DNA of 64,000 nucleotides from a bacterium (GTDB lineage Bacteria; SM23-31): NCBI GenBank assembly GCA_965249485.1, contig OZ252239.1, positions 3,709,598 to 3,773,597 of the forward strand, read 5' to 3'. Shown piece by piece: positions 58,779 to 64,000 of this stretch (position 1 is its first letter; each line of letters starts with the position of its first letter). The notes under the pieces were generated by a model. It saw only the letters and a program-made list of their open reading frames with translations, ran no database searches and was not told where the DNA came from. The position numbers and the translations under genes were made by a program.

Positions 58779-61523
58779 TTAATAGCTTTTATCATACCAG
58801 TGGTCCGGGAGTATCTGCGCAGTTTTCTCCAAAATGGTGCCCCCAACCATCAACTTTATCGTATATTCACCCGGAAACACCCGGTGCAGCACGTAGTCCC
58901 GGCCGCGCATTCCCGGTTCCCATGCAACACGAGTCCGGAGTGAAAGACCTGTCTTCCCCACCTCTTCATCGGGATCTCCATAAAAATCTACCGTATCATA
59001 GTAGTCGTAATAAGGTTCACGTTCACCGGTAGCAACCTGTTCATCGTACTCGGCAACTTCATCTGCAGTCCGCTTTCGTCCCCGTTTTGTCATCCCCCAC
59101 TCAACAGAGTTGAGGCCTGCATTTCCGGTTCCGGGCAATTCGTTAATCTGGTTTGGACCATCATACACTGCTATTGTCACTTTGTCAGGCACTTCATCTT
59201 TCAGATAATAATTGATGACTACGCCGTGTGGTTCATTTTCACCATCAAAATTTTGCGCACTGACTGATGGTTGACTTGGTATTATCCATTGAACTTTGGG
59301 CTCGATGTCAAAGAAATGGACATCTTTGGAAATCACCTCTTCGGATAACTCCTGAAGTGGTGATATATCGGCAATATAGATGCCACGTCCAAAAGTTCCT
59401 ACGACCAGATCGTTTTCACGTGAATGAATCACCAGATCACGGACAGGAACGGTCGGCAGATTGTTTTTCATTTCTATCCACGAGTTACCGCCATTCAACG
59501 ATACATAGAGACCAAGATTTGAACCGAGAAACAGCAAATTGGGATTCCTGTGATCTTCCTTGATGTCGTTGACCGGCTCCTGAGGAAGGTTGTTGACAAT
59601 CGATGTCCACGTCTGCCCAAAATCGTCGGTTTTGTAAACATATGGCGTAAAATCGTCCCGTTTTTCTCCTGTGAAACTCACATAGGCAGTTCCGGCATAA
59701 TGGCGCGATGCTGTAACCCGGCTCACCCAGATATCGGGATGATCAGGTATCCGGTCGTTAAGCAGCGTCCACATTTCACCATTATCCTTCGAGAGCTGGA
59801 CATTACCATCATCAGTCCCGACCCAGAGTACTCCCTGCTGAACTGGCGATTCGTCAATTGTTGTGATCGAATTACGCTCTCTACGGTGCCTGCGGAAACT
59901 CGGATCGTTTTTTGACAGATCGGGGCTGATTTTTTCTAAGTTTTCACCTTTATATGATGACCGAAGCAGCCACTGCGCACCGTGATAAATGACATTACTA
60001 TTATGTGGTGAAATGTGAATCGGAGCATTCCAATTGTAACGTGCATCATCACCACGGTATTGAATTCTGGATCTTCTGCCGGTTTTCTGATCGTTACGTG
60101 AAATGCCGCCGTACTGCGATTCGACATAGAGCCAGCGGCTGTCAGTCGGATCGGCCTGACTGTAGAAACCGTCACCTCCGAGAATATGCTCCCAGTCTTC
60201 AAATCGAATCGGGAAGCGGCCTTTTTTGGTACTCGGCCCTTTCCATGTCCCGAAATCCTGCGTGCCCCCGTAGACATTGTACGGGTAATCCATGTCAACA
60301 CCGATTGCATAAAACTGAGCTAATGGAAGATCATCCGGATGATACCATGTTTCTCCACCACTAAAACTGACGGCAAGTCCGTAATCGTAGCCGAGAAGCA
60401 TATGGTCACTATTATCGGGATTTATCCACAGTTCACAATTATCACCGCCGTATTTAAAAGCCCGGTGCCATGTTTTTCCGCCATCATCGGAGTAATGAGA
60501 TGCAGTACTCAAGAGAAACAGATGGTCAGGGTCGTTGGGATCGATTCTAACTGCATGAAAATAAGATCCTCCGTTTATCCTCGAATCCTCTTCATGGGTC
60601 TGGCGCCACGATTCACCACCGTTGTCAGTGCGGAATACTAGCCGCTTATTCCGGTCTCCCGATTCGTCGACGATGTTGACAAGTGCATAGAGAATATTTG
60701 TATTTTTCAGATAGATATCGAGGCTGATCTTGTCATATCCTGAATCCGGCAGTCCGTTGGTAAGTTTTTTCCATGATTTTCCACCATCAATAGACTTATG
60801 AATGCCACTGCCTCTTCCGTCTGATACGGCAATACCTGCCGAACGAAATGCTGACGCGTCACCAAGCGGACGATCCCAGCTTGCCGCATAGACCGTTTCG
60901 GGATTATCAGGATCGATCACGACATCTGCAAATCCAACGTGCTGACTGTTTTGTACAATGCCAAGCACTTTCTTCCATGTCCGCCCACCGTTGGTTGTCT
61001 TGTAGAGTCCCCGGTCAGGACTTTCGGTATAAAAAGGACCAACTGCGGCAACATACACGATATCAGGATTTGTCGGATGGATGGCAACACGGATAATCCG
61101 TTGTGTTCCCTCTAATCCCATATTCCGCCACGTTTCGCCGGCATCAGTCGATTTATAGACACCATCTCCGGCAAAAGTAAATCTCCCTGTTCCGACCCAC
61201 ACAATATTCGGATCGGAGGGTGCAACAGCAATATCACCGATGGATGAGGTTGACTCATCGTCAAATATCGGTTTGTAGGTTATACCGTTATCCGTGGTCT
61301 TCCATACACCACCGGCGCAAACCCCCACATAAAATGTGTAAGGCTGTTTCTTCTGATCCGGTACGCCGAAATCTACAATGCGCGATCCCTGTTTCGTTGG
61401 TCCTATCGCCCGGAAATGGATCCGGTCGATGATCGTTTTCGAAAGGTCCTGTGCAACCACTACGGATGAGAACACCATGATACATACAAGCAATAATGCC
61501 GATAATCCCTGTTTCGCATTCAT
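58779..61523 (-). CDS. VPS10/sortilin-like BNR(Asp-box)-repeat protein
   Basis: Signal peptide VVA-Q, FRAIGP, many S/T-x-D-x-G-x-x-W boxes (KTTDNGITY, KSTDAGETW, KTTNGGRTW, KSIDGGKSW), NLPTVPVRDL. Confidence 0.85.
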   Translation of the reverse strand: MNAKQGLSALLLVCIMVFSSVVVAQDLSKTIIDRIHFRAIGPTKQGSRIVDFGVPDQKKQPYTFYVGVCAGGVWKTTDNGITYKPIFDDESTSSIGDIAVAPSDPNIVWVGTGRFTFAGDGVYKSTDAGETWRNMGLEGTQRIIRVAIHPTNPDIVYVAAVGPFYTESPDRGLYKTTNGGRTWKKVLGIVQNSQHVGFADVVIDPDNPETVYAASWDRPLGDASAFRSAGIAVSDGRGSGIHKSIDGGKSWKKLTNGLPDSGYDKISLDIYLKNTNILYALVNIVDESGDRNKRLVFRTDNGGESWRQTHEEDSRINGGSYFHAVRIDPNDPDHLFLLSTASHYSDDGGKTWHRAFKYGGDNCELWINPDNSDHMLLGYDYGLAVSFSGGETWYHPDDLPLAQFYAIGVDMDYPYNVYGGTQDFGTWKGPSTKKGRFPIRFEDWEHILGGDGFYSQADPTDSRWLYVESQYGGISRNDQKTGRRSRIQYRGDDARYNWNAPIHISPHNSNVIYHGAQWLLRSSYKGENLEKISPDLSKNDPSFRRHRRERNSITTIDESPVQQGVLWVGTDDGNVQLSKDNGEMWTLLNDRIPDHPDIWVSRVTASRHYAGTAYVSFTGEKRDDFTPYVYKTDDFGQTWTSIVNNLPQEPVNDIKEDHRNPNLLFLGSNLGLYVSLNGGNSWIEMKNNLPTVPVRDLVIHSRENDLVVGTFGRGIYIADISPLQELSEEVISKDVHFFDIEPKVQWIIPSQPSVSAQNFDGENEPHGVVINYYLKDEVPDKVTIAVYDGPNQINELPGTGNAGLNSVEWGMTKRGRKRTADEVAEYDEQVATGEREPYYDYYDTVDFYGDPDEEVGKTGLSLRTRVAWEPGMRGRDYVLHRVFPGEYTIKLMVGGTILEKTAQILPDHWYDKSY

Positions 61524-61568
61524 CTCTTCACTCCATAGGTAGTATCTTTCATTGATTCATTTATCATA

Positions 61569-64000
61569 TTACTTGTCGTACCAAAAATCCTGCAGAATTT
61601 GGGATTTTTGTTTGAGTACCGTATCACCTGCTGTCAGGACAATGGTGTATTCACCCGGTTGAACACGGTGCAGCACATACTCTCGTCCCCGCATACCCGG
61701 CCTTCCCTGCACTCGTGTCCTAAGCGAAAGACCTGTTCTGCCAACTTCATCGTCCGGTTCTCCGAAAAACTCGTTTGTATCGTAATAGTCATAATACGGT
61801 TCTTCATCACCATATTTCATCTCATAATCCCATTCGGCTACTTCTTCAGCTGTTTTCTTTCTTCCTCGTTTTGTCATACCCCACATAACGCTATTGATAC
61901 CCGCATCGCCTGATCCTTCAAATTCGTTGATAAGAATTGGGCCATCATAAACCGAAATTTTCACTCCGCCGGTGATGTCATTCTTCAGGTAGTAATTAAC
62001 CATTGCACCATTCGGTTCGTTTTCACCTTCAAAGTTCTGCGCACTGACCGTCGTCTGGCTTGGCATAATCCACTGAATTTTGGGTTCAATTTTGAATAGA
62101 TGGACATTTTTTTTCACAACTTCCCTGGACAGTTCCTGCAGCGGAGAGATGTCGGCAATATAAAAACCACGGCCGAACGTACCGACAACCAGATCGTTTT
62201 CACGAGGATGGATTACAAGATCGTGCACCGGAATAGTCGGAAGGTCATTTTTTAGCTCATTCCAGTAATTTCCTCCGTCGAGCGATACATGAACTGTTCT
62301 GTCTGTCCCGACAAAAAGGAGATTCGGATTTTTGTGGTCTTCTTTAATCACATTAATACTTTTATCCGGCAGATTGTTCGCGATCGATTCCCACGTCTGC
62401 CCGTAATCGGACGTTTTATAGATGAACGGACTGAAATCGGTTCTATGTCGTCCCGTAAAGGTTACATACGCTACCGCCGGATCGTGGTGTGAGGCAATAA
62501 TCCTCGACACCCAATATTCGGGGTTATCAGGAATATTGTCATTCAGAAGAGTCCATGTTTCACCACCATCCTGCGTAACCTGCACATTCCCATCGTCCGA
62601 ACCGACCCAAATCAAATCCTGCGTAATCGGGGATTCATCAATCGATGTCAACGTCCCATATTGGCTCACTTCAAGTCCACCGAATTTCGACGCATCGTTC
62701 TTTGTCAGGTCGGGACTGACCTCTTCCCACCGCTCACCACGGTATGGGGATTTCAAAAGAATATTGGCACCATGATAGATAACATTGGAATTGTGCGGTG
62801 AGATCAATAACGGTGCATTCCAGTTAAACCGGAGATTCGGATTGCCTCTGTATCGGACTCTTTTCCGCACACCGGTTTTTTGATCGTTTCGGGAAAGGCC
62901 GCCAAATTGCGATTCGGTATAGAGCCATCTGCTGTTGGTCGGATCGACCTGATTGTAAAATCCGTCACCACCGAGTATATGTTCCCAGTCTTCAAACCTG
63001 ATTGGAAAGCGCCCTTTTTTTGTACTCGGCCCTTTCCATGAGCCGAAATCCTGTAAACCCCCGTAAACATTGTATGGATAGTCCATGTCGACACCGATTG
63101 CATAGAGCTGAGCCATCGATACATTATCAATATGAAACCAATTTTTCCCGGTATCGTAACTGATAGCAAAACCGTAATCGTAGCCAAGGAGTAAGTGTTC
63201 GCTGTTCTCCGGATCTATCCAGAGAACATGGTTATCTCCGGCGTATCGGGTTCCTCGGGCCCAGGTGCGGCCGGCATCCGTCGATTTGTGCACCATTGAA
63301 GCCAATACATACACAATGTCGTCATCATTCGGATCAACTATGATCTGTGCATAGTAATTTGCCCGCTCACCGACAGGGCCTTCGCTCACCTGACGCCATG
63401 AATCACCTCCGTTATCAGTCCGATAAACGATATTGCCGACAACATCTTCACTGGCTGGTTTTCCTGCCTGTACTTCGGCCCACCGCTCTTCATATGATAA
63501 CTCCGGTGAATTATCATCTTCGATTATTGCATAAACAATATCGGGGTTTCTGAGATAGACGGAGAGACCTATCTTGCCAATCAGACCGGACGGAAGACCG
63601 TTTGTCAGTTTTGTCCACGAATCACCACCGTCGGTCGATTTGTAGATTCCACTTGCCGGACCCGAACCGGAAAAACCCCACGGCTTACGGATTCGCTGAT
63701 AAGCGGCTGCGTACAGCACATCGGGATCACGGGGATCCATTACAACATCGGTTGCACCGACATAGACACCACCTTCAATTACTTCAAGCGATTTACTCCA
63801 TGTTCTGCCACCGTTAGTGGTCTTGTAGATGCCACGTTCAGGATTGTCTGTGTAGTAGTGCCCCTGTGCTGCTACATAAACAATATTCGGATTAGACGGA
63901 TTGACAACGATTCTCCCGATGTGGTGGGACTCTTTCAATCCGATATTTCGCCACGATTTTCCACCATCTGTCGATTTGTAAACACCATCACCATAATAGG
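61569..64000 (-). CDS. VPS10/sortilin-like BNR-repeat protein (tandem paralog, 5' end outside the window)
   Basis: Frame open to the window edge (YYGDGVYKSTDGGKSW...). Colinear with 58779-61523. Confidence 0.85.
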   Translation of the reverse strand, partial: YYGDGVYKSTDGGKSWRNIGLKESHHIGRIVVNPSNPNIVYVAAQGHYYTDNPERGIYKTTNGGRTWSKSLEVIEGGVYVGATDVVMDPRDPDVLYAAAYQRIRKPWGFSGSGPASGIYKSTDGGDSWTKLTNGLPSGLIGKIGLSVYLRNPDIVYAIIEDDNSPELSYEERWAEVQAGKPASEDVVGNIVYRTDNGGDSWRQVSEGPVGERANYYAQIIVDPNDDDIVYVLASMVHKSTDAGRTWARGTRYAGDNHVLWIDPENSEHLLLGYDYGFAISYDTGKNWFHIDNVSMAQLYAIGVDMDYPYNVYGGLQDFGSWKGPSTKKGRFPIRFEDWEHILGGDGFYNQVDPTNSRWLYTESQFGGLSRNDQKTGVRKRVRYRGNPNLRFNWNAPLLISPHNSNVIYHGANILLKSPYRGERWEEVSPDLTKNDASKFGGLEVSQYGTLTSIDESPITQDLIWVGSDDGNVQVTQDGGETWTLLNDNIPDNPEYWVSRIIASHHDPAVAYVTFTGRHRTDFSPFIYKTSDYGQTWESIANNLPDKSINVIKEDHKNPNLLFVGTDRTVHVSLDGGNYWNELKNDLPTIPVHDLVIHPRENDLVVGTFGRGFYIADISPLQELSREVVKKNVHLFKIEPKIQWIMPSQTTVSAQNFEGENEPNGAMVNYYLKNDITGGVKISVYDGPILINEFEGSGDAGINSVMWGMTKRGRKKTAEEVAEWDYEMKYGDEEPYYDYYDTNEFFGEPDDEVGRTGLSLRTRVQGRPGMRGREYVLHRVQPGEYTIVLTAGDTVLKQKSQILQDFWYDK

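Noticed and set aside
1-64000. CRISPR array, tRNA/rRNA, IS elements, prophage
   Set aside because: No regularly spaced direct repeats, cloverleaf or rRNA signatures, transposase, integrase or phage genes were seen on reading.

Overview
This is a 64-kb window from a Gram-negative-type bacterium of moderate GC. It encodes TorF-like outer-membrane barrels, TolB-like repeats and many signal/lipoprotein peptides; the taxon cannot be fixed from sequence alone. There are three blocks. (1) 1-10.8 kb is a nitrogen/guanidino locus: a sigma54-preceded amidinotransferase, pyrR-carbamate kinase, then arginine synthetase (ArcE-like)-HAD IIA phosphatase-ornithine carbamoyltransferase. A sigma54-preceded Na+/solute symporter (frameshifted) with a TorF porin follows, converging on a second TorF porin and a hidden amtB remnant. 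(2) 11.4-24.8 kb is an orphan catabolic block: ureohydrolase, TRAP transporter, aldo/keto reductase, enolase-superfamily enzyme, MFS transporter, proline dehydrogenase, an SDR with altered catalytic residues, an OCD/mu-crystallin protein and a trans-sulfuration PLP enzyme. (3) 24.9-64 kb holds 22 consecutive secreted or lipoprotein genes, mostly peptidase-like and in paralogous sets (M28 x4, M24 x3, DUF885-like x3, M14 x2, EExxH zincin-like x2, alpha/beta-hydrolase x2, VPS10/BNR x2), plus a gamma-glutamyltransferase remnant. The best candidate for an undescribed system is the amidinotransferase + ArcE + OTC + carbamate kinase set. It could form an ornithine-recycling 'amidino shuttle' giving 2 ATP per guanidino group (inference). 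I saw no rRNA, tRNA, CRISPR array or transposase. Several single-base lesions may be assembly errors.
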